64,000 nt of DNA from assembly GCA_002633005.1 (NCBI GenBank), contig NMRA01000166.1:62001-126000 (forward strand). Direction: 5' to 3'. This DNA is from Phoronis australis. Its lineage: Eukaryota > Animalia > Phoronida. Positions 54,401-64,000 of the stretch are shown here, piece after piece. Below the pieces are notes generated by a model. That model had not been told where the DNA came from. It searched no databases and saw nothing but the letters and a program-made list of their open reading frames with translations. Every line of letters starts with the position of its first letter. The stretch's first letter is position 1. The translations under genes and the position numbers were made by a program.

Positions 54401-57400
54401 TTCTTGAACAAAAAACATGGAAATTTTTCAGAAACCAATGGAGGCTGATCATGTTGGACTGGTGACTCGTATCGCGGCCTGACTACCAGGAGATCCTTCA
54501 CAGTGGTTGGCATAGGGGAATAGTTTGACTTGGTGAAAAGAGCCTTTTACAATGTATGTGATTAGACGTTATTCACTTTAAGCAATTCCCCCTCCGCCTC
54601 CCCCTCCTCCTCCTCCTCCTCAGGGCTCTGGTATCCTTCCAGATTCACATGATCACTCAAAAGTCTCCCAGCATGAGTCATCAGTCTTATGTGACTTGTT
54701 CAATATTGTTTAATTAGGTCACTCACTGTGACCACACATATAACCTTTCTGACATGAAAACTTCACGGTATTTATTTCTCAGGTGGGCTAACCATGGTCT
54801 GGAGTTTCTGATTGTGGCTTGCGAGCCTCGTAATCTGGCCAGCCTGTCGGGTAGTGAGTTTGAGATGTTGAAGGACAGTATCAACAACTGTATATCTCAT
54901 GTGATCGGCAGCAAGGACAAGGCAGCAGGTGCAACAAGACCTTTTGAACTATTTTTTCATCTTCAGCTTTTTTGAATTTGTTGACATTATTTTGTTTTAC
55001 ATTCTTGTAACACCATAGATTATAGACAACATATTTGCAACTTCGCCATTTTCTTGCATACTATCCTAGAGGAGGCGCCTCTGTCCTAAATTATCTGTTT
55101 CAGTTTCCGGTTAGTGTATTGTGACGACACAACAGCCGACCATGATTAGCAGACGACGTACTTGCCAGAAATAAAACCAGATAATTTGGCCAGGTGTCGC
55201 TAGTGAATAATGACACCATTGCTTCTGTAAGAGCATAGATTTCGTCCACTGAAAGTATACGGAGTTGGTGGTCCATGTACTATAGTCTATGGTAACACTA
55301 ACATTAATGGAGACTCCATGAGATGTCTTCAATTCATGATTTATATTTTGCTGATTAATTGAAAGAGCTTTCAACTTTCTGCCTATGCGATTACAGTAGA
55401 ATTCATTACACTTTGTTTATGAAGGTCAAGAAGGCAAAACTTAGCTTAATTTGTTCAACACATGTTTAATGATAGAACTAGAACACTGCATAACAAAAGC
55501 AATCAGGCAATTTTCTTTTCCACTTCATTCTCAGTCATGAGGGAAGGCTACATTGATGATGAATTTGGCTTCTGTCCAGCTGTGATGTTGAATACTTTTC
55601 CTGTTTACTATTAATTACTGCTACTAAGTAACACACACTTCAGTAGATTTAAGTCGTATGTTCCCTGTTGAATTTAAAATGCAATTAATAAGTGAAATAT
55701 CAAATATAACCAAGTGACTACATGGTTTTCAGAGCGCAGACATTTTCCGCAGCGAGTCAATAGTCCAGATGTTACAGCACAGCGATACGCGTACAAGAAT
55801 CAGTTGTCGTGTCCAGACCCCATCCGGCCCAACAGGTCTTTGTCAACGAGGTCCACCCAAAGTGACCCTCCCTCCACTCCCAACTCTGCTGAAGTGTTTG
55901 GTTAGTGGATGTACAGAGCAGTTGATCTTTCCACTGTTTTTTCAATGTGGTCAAAACCTTCAGAATTATGACATTTTGCAGCTGAATAAAATACTACCCA
56001 TTCTAGAAACCATTCTTTTTGTAATTTAATTTTCCAATATGCCATTTGCCTAGCTATGCCTTTGCTAGTCGTAGTTACATTTTTTCTGCACCTCCTCACT
56101 GTTGGAATGTACTTGAATGGTTAGATGTTGAAGTCATACAAAGGGCCAGGAGTAGCTGCTAATACAACTGCTGTAACTGTTAATGTTAGTCTTGGTGATG
56201 AAGAATTAGGCAGGTATAATACATAATGCTGACCCATGATTCTACTGCAGCCCTTGGTAAGGAGCTGAGAAGCCAAAGTTTGGACCACCATGATGTGAAG
56301 ATAATGGATGGAGATGATGGTGGATTGGTGATGGAGGTGGATGGACAGGGTGAGACTTGACTGGAGGAGGCTGGGGGGTACTCTTAATGTATCATAAGGA
56401 CTGCGGGATGGAGTTATTCCTATGGTATCATAGTGAAAGGGTTGTTGGATGCTGGGGGTACTCCTAGTCAAGAGAGGGGCTGTGATATGTATTGGTATGT
56501 TGGCTGACTAGAAGTGTAGCAGTTGGATGTTTTCACTAAGTGATGGAAGGCAATATGTGGGTAATAGAGTTACTGTGAATTGTTTTGTAATAGTTCAGTA
56601 GTGAAGTGTTGTTGTATAGGTCCTGCCATTATAGTAGGTGTTTTACCTACAAGTGACTGGTCCTGCCATTATAGTAGGTGTTTTACCTACAAGTGACCGG
56701 TCCTGCCATTATAGTAGGTGTTTTACCTACAAGTGACTGGTCCTTCCATTATAGTAGGCGTTTTACTTACCAGTGACTTTAAAATTATTGTTCTATCTTA
56801 GCTTAAAGGCAACTTTTCTATCTTGTGATTGTTCTTTACTGTTTTCTCTGGCATTACTTTCTAACATTTCCTACCAGTCAGGAGTGGTGGGAGTTTTATT
56901 CCAAACAAGAGAAAACATCACTTGAAGTATTACCAACAAAAGTGGTCTTGATGGCTTTGCTGGGACTGCTTTTCTTGTACGTGATTTATCTTATCCATCT
57001 TCTGTGGTGTTAATTTCTAACTTTCCTGACCAATTAGCATTCAGAGTTGTTCCAACCAATGCCTTCATATGAAATAATATTTATTGTTACAGTAATGATC
57101 TGGTTAAACTGATGACTGTTTTTTCCAGTTACATCAGAGCCAGCCAGTCCAATGCAGGTGGTCCAGGCTGCAATTAGTGTGCTAGAGACTGAACGTAACA
57201 ACAAACTCTTCAAAAGCCAGGTGATTGGCAGAGTCACAGGAAGGAAGAGCGAGATAGAGTACCATATCAGCGGCCGACGAGTCAACTTTAAGTGGCAGAG
57301 GGGGCAGAAAATTGGTGAGCCATTCAAAAGTTTATTCAAGATAGAGTTCAAGGCAGATATTTTAGTCAAGTCTCATTGATCAAAGACATGCTGTATGCTG

Positions 57401-60400
57401 TCTATTTCTTAATCAATGTTTTCTTTTTAGGTGAGGGTCAGTTTGGCAAGGTGTACGCGGCTGTCAACATGGATACTGGAGGCATTATGGCTATGAAGGA
57501 GGTGAGTCTGTCACCTGACACAAAGTGGTGCTCAGGCATTATGGCTATGAAGGAGGTGAGTCTGTCACCTGACACAAAGTGATGCTCAGGCATTATGGCT
57601 ATGAAGGAGGTGAGTCTGTCACCTGACACAAGGTGGTGATCAGGCATTATGGCTATGAAGGAGGTGAGTCTGTCACCTGACACAAGGTGGTGCTCAGGCA
57701 TAATGCCCTTTTTGGTGACAACATTAAAAAATAATTGTCGGTTTGTTTGTTAAACTTTATTATAGACAATGACAGTAAAAATAAAGAGAGGAAAGCTTGA
57801 CAGAGAAACAATCTGACATTTAAAAGTAGTTGAATTCTGGTGTTTATGATTGAGGTATAAGTTGTCAACACAGCCTTCAGTTTTGAACTACAGAACAGTC
57901 AATATATTACATAATTATTTGTGTATTTCAATTGCTGATGCTCGAATATTTGCCTTTAATAAGCTTTAATTTACGATAGCTATCTGTTTCGTACCATACT
58001 AATTATGAAGTAAACGTTCACATTTTGCTTATTTGATTGTGTTGTGGAGCTGTATGTAATAAAATTTCACTTGTCCATCATATTAAAGCTAATTTACTAT
58101 TAACAATGATTTTAGATCAAGTTTGTCCCTAATGACCACCAAACGATCAAAGACATCGCTGATGAGATCAAGAACTTTGAGGGTATTCAACACGAGAGTC
58201 TAGTAAAGTACTATGGTGTTGAGGTGCACCGGGTAAGTGCTGTTTATTCACTGTGTGTGCGAGCATAATTGTGTTAATAGCGAAAATGACTGGTAATGTA
58301 ATAACTATCAGGGTGGCAAAATTGTAATTGCAGAATGTCTTAATTACGGAATGGCTTAATTACAGAATGGCTTAATTACAGAATGTCTTAATTACAGAAT
58401 GTCTTAATTTCAGAGTGTCTTAAGCACCTTACTAACTTTCCAGGTAATTTTCATTAATTCTCGGTCATGGATGAACACTTACTATGACTATGAATTTAAC
58501 TTCCAACCATAGTGACAGGGAATTCTGGGTCATTTAGTATGCATACCTTTTTAAAAGTATTAGTGTATTGTGGATGCACGTCTCTTTATTGTTATGTATT
58601 CTCGCTAGGGGTCAGTTTTGGTTTTACCTTGTGTTCAGTTGTTGAGCGGGCAGTTCAAATTGGTCTGTGACGGGTTGCGGACGTGAGTGGAGATTGTTAA
58701 TGAGACACTGGTGCTGAACATTTTAGTGGCTGTTCACATGCTGTCAAACTATTGAGTAAGTGTTTGTTGATGTGGTGAGCGTATCCAACTGTGTAGACAA
58801 CTATGTCTGCTCTTGTGCGTGGAACTCGTCTGTAACATTTAGCAGGAAGCTGTGGACCACGTGGGAATACTAGCTGATTACGGCGACTCAAGATACCGCA
58901 AGCTCAAGTGATAGTGTTGGCGTTCAATGACGACATAGTTCTGGTTTGTCCAGCCTCCGTCCCTGTATTGAAAATTAGGTGTTGTGTCCAAACAACAAAT
59001 GGTTCTGCATGTTTGGAACTTTTTTTGTTTGCATTGTTAAAATAGATGTTAAAGTGAGGCATTGTGCCCTAAACAACAATCCACCACAATCATTTTTGCA
59101 GCACCACCAAAATGTGCAGGCAGTGAATAAGCCAGTTTCCATAAAATGAACTGTTGATGTCTGGGTTTGATATAAACTGTTGCTTTAGTCCATTTTCAGC
59201 ACATGAAATAACCCACCATGATACGCCAGCTTGTTGCTCATTTTTTCAGGTGATAGCGAATTATTGATTCTTTAAAAGCCCAGAAATTCCTTTTCTGAAA
59301 TCTGAATGAAGAATGTGTTTTGACCAGTTTGTAACTTGGTATGTGGTTTAAATCGAAATTTAATTCCTCTGACAGAAAGCTGGTTTATTGCAGCTTTAAT
59401 TTCTGGTGTCGTTCTTAACAATCAGTAATGAGAGAACCAGAACTTGTTTAATATTGTGTGTCATGCTTGATGTTTTTGCAGGATGAGATGTTAATCTTCA
59501 TGGANTTGTGTCCAAACAACAAATGGTTCTGCATGTTTGGAACTTTTTTTGTTTGCGTTGTTAAAATAGATGCTTAAGTGAGGCATTGTGCTCTAAACAA
59601 CAATCCACCACAATCATTTTTGCAGCACCACCAAAATGTGCAAGCAGTGAATAAGCCATTTTCCATAAAATGAACTGTTGATGTCTGGGTTTGATATAAA
59701 CTGTTGCTTGAGACCATTTTCAGCACATGAAATAACCCACCATGATACGCCAGCTTGTTGCTCATTTTCTCAGGTGATAACGAATTATTGATTCTTTAAA
59801 AGCCCAGAAATTCCTTTTCTGAAATCTGAATGAAGAATGTGTTTTGACCAGTTTGTAACTTGGTATGTGGTTTAAATCGAAATTTAATTCCTCTGACAGA
59901 AAGCTGGTTTATTGCAGCTTTAATTTCTGGTGAGACGTTCTTAACAATCAGTAATGAAAGAACCAGAACTTGGTTTAATATTGTGTGTGTCGTGCTTGAT
60001 GTTGTTGCAGGATGAGATGTTAATCTTCATGGAGTACTGTGATGAGGGTACAATAGAAGAGGCTGCTAAGGGGGGTCTCAACGAGACTATGGTACGCAAG
60101 TACACCAAGGAAATCCTGGTGGCAGTCAATAAACTCCATGAAAACAGCATCGTGCATAGGGATATCAAGGGTAGGGTCACTGTATTGTTTTACATGCACC
60201 ATGATTATTATCTCCTAATTTTGGAAAGTCAGTGTCGTCAACCGTCCATGTAGGCACGGTTCAGTGATTGAAGCAGATTGTCAATTCAATTCAGTAGCCT
60301 CAGCAAGCATTATTGTTCTCATAAATGATTTGTTTTTTTTTTGTTTCTTTTTTATTTCGATAAAGTTGAGTTTTATTGTCAGGTCTTTGGTAATTTTATT

Positions 60401-63400
60401 AGAAATTATCAATTGATTTTCCTGTAACTTCAGGTGCCAACATATTCTTAACGTCCAACGGACCAGTCAAACTGGGAGACTTTGGATGCTCAGTTAAACT
60501 GAAGAATCACACAACAATGCCAGGAGAGGTGAACAAATTAGTGGGCACCACAGGTAAATGATATGCAAACCCTTCACTTCAGTATTACAGTAGGAAATCT
60601 GCTCCCCTTGGCGACTTACATGGTCACTGTGCGAGCGGAAAAAAAAATTGTGCTAGATTCCAAACATTCTTAAGATCTTTAGAAATGAAGGTCAGTATTA
60701 ACATGGCTGTAAATTTTGCATTCTGTCCAAGAAGTAAACTGTTGATTTAAGCCACTTACTGCTGTTTACTTGGTGTCAAATTGTTTCTTACTCAGATGAT
60801 AAACGATCTCTGGGTTTGCTAGAACTGACAGTTCGCTATTGCTTGGTATATAAAATGGCATGTCGTGTCAAGTCAACTTGTGCAGGTTTGTCTCGAGCAA
60901 TAACAAACAGTCGGTTCTTTGGAAGCCCTTAAGTAATTACTCACTTGACTAAGGCACAGTTTTTATAACGGTAAGTAGTCTAAATCAGAATTAGTATTTT
61001 GTGGTTAAACTTAGGGGCTGGTTCCAAGAAACTGTCTTAAGTTCATATTTGACTTAAGTCTAAGATTTGTCTCAACCTCCAAACATTAAAACTTCCAAGT
61101 CCTGTAATTTAAAAACTTAATGTCAAACTTCCGATCACTTTCTTGGAACGCACTTACGACAAATTTAAGATTCATCTTTGTCTTAGTGAAGTCAGATTTC
61201 TTGGAAAGGGGCCCAAGTTTATAGCCACTTTAAAGAAGGTTCGTGGACAGAGGTTATTTAATTTATTCACAATTTGAACTATAAGGTTTGTCTCACTTAA
61301 TAAAAAACATGGAATTCTGTGTTCTCAGGTTGTATTTGACATAACTGTATTGATTGACTGCAGTTTACCCCGCAAGCCAATTTCTTACATCTACTAGTAT
61401 CATTTCTGGTTCTACATTGCAGCTTTCATGGCACCAGAGGTGATTACTAAGAATGCCACTGAAGGCCATGGTAGAGCAGCAGATATCTGGAGTCTTGGCT
61501 GTGTTGTTGTGGAAATGTTCACTGGAAAGGTATGGATTACTACGGGACATGTAGTGTTAAACCTGTCATTAACCTGTATTCCGTGAAAAACTAAACATTT
61601 GGTTAAGATTATGTAATACCTTATCCACTTGTTGGTGTACATAGCCAATTGTCTATAAAGCTATAATAACATTTAACTCTGACAGTAAAAGGTTAGTATA
61701 TATTTCCTGAATGATTAAACAGCATGTTTGAGAACATTGGATATGGTCTAAAAGCTTCTTATGAATCCAATGAGCCATGTCTGAGATATGATGTTTCAAA
61801 ACTGGCCATTTTTCGAGTGTCCTACATAACCTGTAGACCATGTAACAAAGGTGTTTCTTTCCCAAATGAGATGATATGAAGTGACAATTAGTTATTCCCT
61901 GAGGCCAGGCTCAGGTAGATATTTTGACCCAGAGGGTTATGTGACTGGCTGAGGCTGGTTTCTAGGCAAAATGATTTGCCACTTCTGCTCAAGTTCATAC
62001 TGTATCTGCCCTAATAAGCGCCCAGGGCACTTAGAAAAATTCTTATTGTGTCCTAAGATGACTGATACCCGGTCTCCAAAGGTATGAAGTCATAAGCTAG
62101 GATTCATGAAATTTACGATCTGTGATGTAGCTGTAACCTATGACAGACTTTCTACAAAATTGTGGTGCATTTTTATCAAACTTCTTTGTTGAATTACGAT
62201 CATTTTTCAGAAAATTGTGCTGAAATCCCAGGGCGAAAACTTGCCGACTGATGTGTCGCAGTTTCGACTCAACAAATTACCTGAAGTCCTTAAGTTTTCA
62301 AAATAGCATTCTTGCGGAATCGGGATTAACTGTAGAATAAATCCAAATTTGTGCTAGATCATACCCTGCAACACGAGAAAAATCTCTGGACCAACACACT
62401 TGTTGTTGTAACGTGACGTTTGTTTTCAAGTTCGTCTGCATGTGTGTTGAGCAAGCGCATGCGTGTCATCAGATTTCATTTGCCAGAGTAAACGCAGTGC
62501 GACGATATATAGGTGTGCATTGTAACTAAAGAAATTTACACATTAAGCAGTAAAGCAGAACGTGTTTTATTTTAGCACTTGCTGGTCTTATCTGTTAAAA
62601 AACGTTCGAGAATTTCTCGGTAAGGCAGATATGAAATGTCATTGAATTTCCGGGTGACTGGATGCGTGACAGTCTAACTGTTATTTTCCGGGAGATTCGG
62701 TCAAGTTTTTCTTAGTGTTCGTGTTCAAAGAAATTTGGATTCCTGTTGAGTTAGAAGATCTGTTCTGAAAGGCCAAATCATAGTTGTGGGACACGTTACT
62801 CGCAAGCTCATCAAAACTTAAGCGTTTTTTGAAGCACTGCAGAAATTTCAAGTGTATGGTCACGGCTAAATACCAACGTAGCGGCGAGGTTCGTGGTCTA
62901 CAAATTCTGCGCTTAATGATTTTTCAGGACTGTCGGATATTATTGATAAATTGAAGACGTTACTGTAGAATTTTAGGTATAAGGCATTTTTCGCATGTAC
63001 AAGTTCATGGGCTGGGCGCTCATTTTAGCGAAGTCTGAAAACGCATGGGGGGCGCTTATAGGGGCATGGGTGCTTATTAGGGCAAATACAGTAAATCACT
63101 TCTCATCTGAGTAAGGAACAAGTTGAGACCTGGCTAGAGTTCAGTAGCTGACTTGTAGCTAGAATAATCTTATTAGCCACAATCACGTATTCTCATTTAT
63201 ACACGGCAATCTCGCAATGTCTTGCTTTTCTACGGAGGTCGTAGTGTTATTGAACTCTGATGTAAATATAGCTCTTTAATAATGGTGGAAGAACTAATAA
63301 GAAGTTATTGATGATGGTGGATTTATGGCAACTTGAAGTGAATGCATCTTTGTGTGATGTGGATTATGTAATTTTGTATGCAGTGACAGAGGTTGACATT

Positions 63401-64000
63401 ACCATAAACGCATGCCTTCTGATAGTTTTGTGTGACTCTTGTTGCGCAATACTTCCATCCTTTCAAGATTTTTGTTTTGTTCTTTTTCTGGTGAGATTAA
63501 TAAAAAGAGAATAAAATTTTATATTTTTCTATTTGAATCAATTGTTACAAGCTGCACTTATAATACTTATGGGAAAGTTTTGCAAAGCATTGGTAACTCA
63601 CCAATTGAGATGAATGACATTCATTGCTGACTTTAATGCAGAATGCGTAATTAATTAAGTGTATCACAACTCTCCATCAAAGAATTCCTCTCAAGCTCAA
63701 ACTTAAAGGTGTATTCCCGTCTTCACACTACGGAAATTGTTTGGAGGTGTCTTATGTTGGATGTCCATTACGATTAGCACCAATAAAAAGTTACATGGAG
63801 GACATATTTATGGGCACTATGGGAGTACGTGAACAGTATGTAATATAAAAAGGAGTGATTTCCATAAAAGAGATGGTAGCTTGCTTGTTTACTGATAAGA
63901 CATGGTGTACTGTTTTGTATTGTAGAGGCCATGGCATGAGCTGGAGAGCAACTATCAGATCATGTTCAAGGTGGGTATGGGCGGCACACCGACCATCCCG
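33467..64000 (+). CDS. MAP3K4: Mitogen-activated protein kinase kinase kinase 4 (MEKK4), multi-exon, 3' end beyond the window
   Basis: 20 phase-consistent exons. MEKK4 N-terminal motifs: LIWLELQAW-like, [49 protein letters not shown]. Kinase motifs: [48 protein letters not shown]. Confidence 0.95.
33609..35135. repeat. Unclassified element with internal tandem duplications
   Basis: About 156-bp duplication (33670-33797 vs 33826-33957) and a longer duplication (about 33990-34530 vs 34585-35092); short TIR-like ends acttagtaaagtac / gtacttttactgagt. Confidence 0.5.
39346..40969 (+). CDS. MAP3K4: MAP3K4 exon 2
   Basis: tttttacag|A TAT GGT; long ORF; CCA|gtaagg. Confidence 0.9.
41183..42778 (+). 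repeat. 57-bp minisatellite x28 in MAP3K4 intron 2 (possible cassette exon)
   Basis: Unit tacttaatgggctcacatggcgcacatcatgtaatgctattccctgacacattccag; (42778-41182)/57=28. Confidence 0.97.
43800..44069 (+). CDS. MAP3K4: MAP3K4 exon
   Basis: atcag|GGG AGC...LPSF...[13 protein letters not shown]...SIRQ|gtagga. Confidence 0.9.
45036..45188 (+). CDS. MAP3K4: MAP3K4 exon
   Basis: ttgcag|[11 protein letters not shown]...DMLE|gtagtg. Confidence 0.9.
45756..45913 (+). CDS. MAP3K4: MAP3K4 exon
   Basis: tttcag|VYFSY...LEEEW...AGKRF TG|gtatgg. Confidence 0.9.
47298..47450 (+). CDS. MAP3K4: MAP3K4 exon
   Basis: ttccag|T GTT ATG...IPEL AG|gtaaca; phases 2/2 fit both neighbours. Confidence 0.85.
48954..49137 (+). 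CDS. MAP3K4: MAP3K4 exon
   Basis: ctgcag|G CAA...[28 protein letters not shown]...HIK|gtaaat. Confidence 0.92.
49418..49715 (+). repeat. 52-55-bp tandem repeat of a splice acceptor plus exon start
   Basis: catgttattgcag|gtgaacacacctca recurs with junctions at 49459, 49514, 49566, 49621, 49675. Confidence 0.9.
49675..49926 (+). CDS. MAP3K4: MAP3K4 exon (preceded by four duplicated acceptors)
   Basis: ttgcag|[14 protein letters not shown]...IALSHID|gtacga. Confidence 0.85.
50850..50999 (+). CDS. MAP3K4: MAP3K4 exon
   Basis: gtcag|VEGLLLVV...[17 protein letters not shown]|gtttgc. Confidence 0.9.
51298..51415. repeat. ~27-bp tandem repeat x4
   Basis: aattggtctcaaattggtccttagtt. Confidence 0.8.
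51911..52072 (+). CDS. MAP3K4: MAP3K4 exon
   Basis: ctcag|STALELR...CFSFGFE|gtaagt. Confidence 0.9.
52429..54111 (+). mobile_element. Non-autonomous Kolobok-like element
   Basis: Ends aggagcatgccacccaa / ttgggtggcattttcct flanked by ctaa / ttaa. Internal MATRN...[13 protein letters not shown] resembles the N-terminus of the Kolobok accessory (P2X7-intracellular-like) ORF. Confidence 0.65.
54230..54363 (+). CDS. MAP3K4: MAP3K4 exon
   Basis: ttgcag|YHKEVTRL...[11 protein letters not shown]|gtgaga. Confidence 0.92.
54783..54928 (+). CDS. MAP3K4: MAP3K4 exon
   Basis: tctcag|[10 protein letters not shown]...CISHVIG...AA G|gtgcaa. Confidence 0.9.
55733..55900 (+). CDS. MAP3K4: MAP3K4 exon (low-complexity linker)
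   Basis: ttttcag|AG CGC...AEVF G|gttagt; phase 1/1. Confidence 0.75.
56619..56778 (+). repeat. 40-bp tandem repeat x4
   Basis: ggtcctgccattatagtaggtgttttacctacaagtgact. Confidence 0.9.
57129..57314 (+). CDS. MAP3K4: MAP3K4 exon (kinase start)
   Basis: ttccag|TT ACA...[14 protein letters not shown]|gtgagc. Confidence 0.9.
57431..57501 (+). CDS. MAP3K4: MAP3K4 exon (Gly loop, catalytic Lys)
   Basis: tttttag|GT GAG GGT CAG TTT GGC...MAMKE|gtgagt. Confidence 0.92.
57481..57705 (+). repeat. 54-bp tandem repeat x4 of exon end plus splice donor
   Basis: ggcattatggctatgaaggag|gtgagtctgtcacctgacacaaagtggtgctca. Confidence 0.93.
58116..58232 (+). CDS. MAP3K4: MAP3K4 exon
   Basis: ttttag|[17 protein letters not shown]...YYGVEVHR|gtaagt. 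Confidence 0.92.
58325..58425. repeat. 16-bp tandem repeat
   Basis: aattacagaatgtctt x5-6. Confidence 0.8.
60011..60170 (+). CDS. MAP3K4: MAP3K4 exon
   Basis: ttgcag|[10 protein letters not shown]...VHRDIK G|gtaggg. Confidence 0.93.
60434..60553 (+). CDS. MAP3K4: MAP3K4 exon (DFG/activation loop)
   Basis: cttcag|GT ANIFL...[12 protein letters not shown]...VGTT G|gtaaat. Confidence 0.93.
61014..61215. mobile_element. Harbinger-like MITE
   Basis: ggggctggttccaagaa...ttcttggaaaggggccc ends with internal cttaag palindromes. Confidence 0.5.
61423..61529 (+). CDS. MAP3K4: MAP3K4 exon (APE)
   Basis: ttgcag|CT FMAPEVI...[17 protein letters not shown]|gtatgg. Confidence 0.93.
62000..63091. mobile_element. 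Tc1/mariner (pogo/Tigger-like) non-autonomous element
   Basis: TA|ctgtatctgccctaataagcgccc ... gggtgcttattagggcaaatacag|TA. Confidence 0.75.
63926..64000 (+). CDS. MAP3K4: MAP3K4 exon, truncated by the window end
   Basis: ttgtag|[25 protein letters not shown]. Confidence 0.9.

Noticed and set aside
58984-60033. ~520-bp tandem duplication including an acceptor and partial exon
   Set aside because: The copies are joined at a single N, differ by scattered SNPs, and the first breaks mid-exon at the N. Most likely two haplotypes overlapped at a contig join.

Overview
Eukaryotic genomic DNA with spliceosomal GT-AG introns, AT-rich and transposon-dense. It most resembles a marine invertebrate; the species cannot be fixed from sequence alone. 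I reconstructed three protein-coding genes by hand with phase-consistent splice junctions. (1) A 4-exon MFSD4/NAGLT1-like MFS transporter (+, 3004-9318, 486 aa). (2) A 4-exon stand-alone class II aldolase/adducin-head protein with intact metal ligands and a mitochondrial-presequence-like N-terminus (-, 26951-13333, 304 aa). (3) MAP3K4/MEKK4 (+, from 33467 past the window end; 20 core exons, 1467 codons in the window). Introns and intergenic DNA hold decayed Penelope-like, Gypsy, AcademX, ISL2EU, IS3EU-like, Kolobok, Tc1/mariner-like and hAT-like elements. The most unusual signal is that MAP3K4 carries several unrelated minisatellites positioned on splice junctions: duplicated acceptors, duplicated donors and a candidate 18-nt microexon. 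One of them, a 28x57-bp array, forms a stop-free, phase-matched, AG/GT-bounded candidate cassette exon encoding His/Met-rich repeats. No CRISPR array, rRNA gene or intact tRNA gene was seen.
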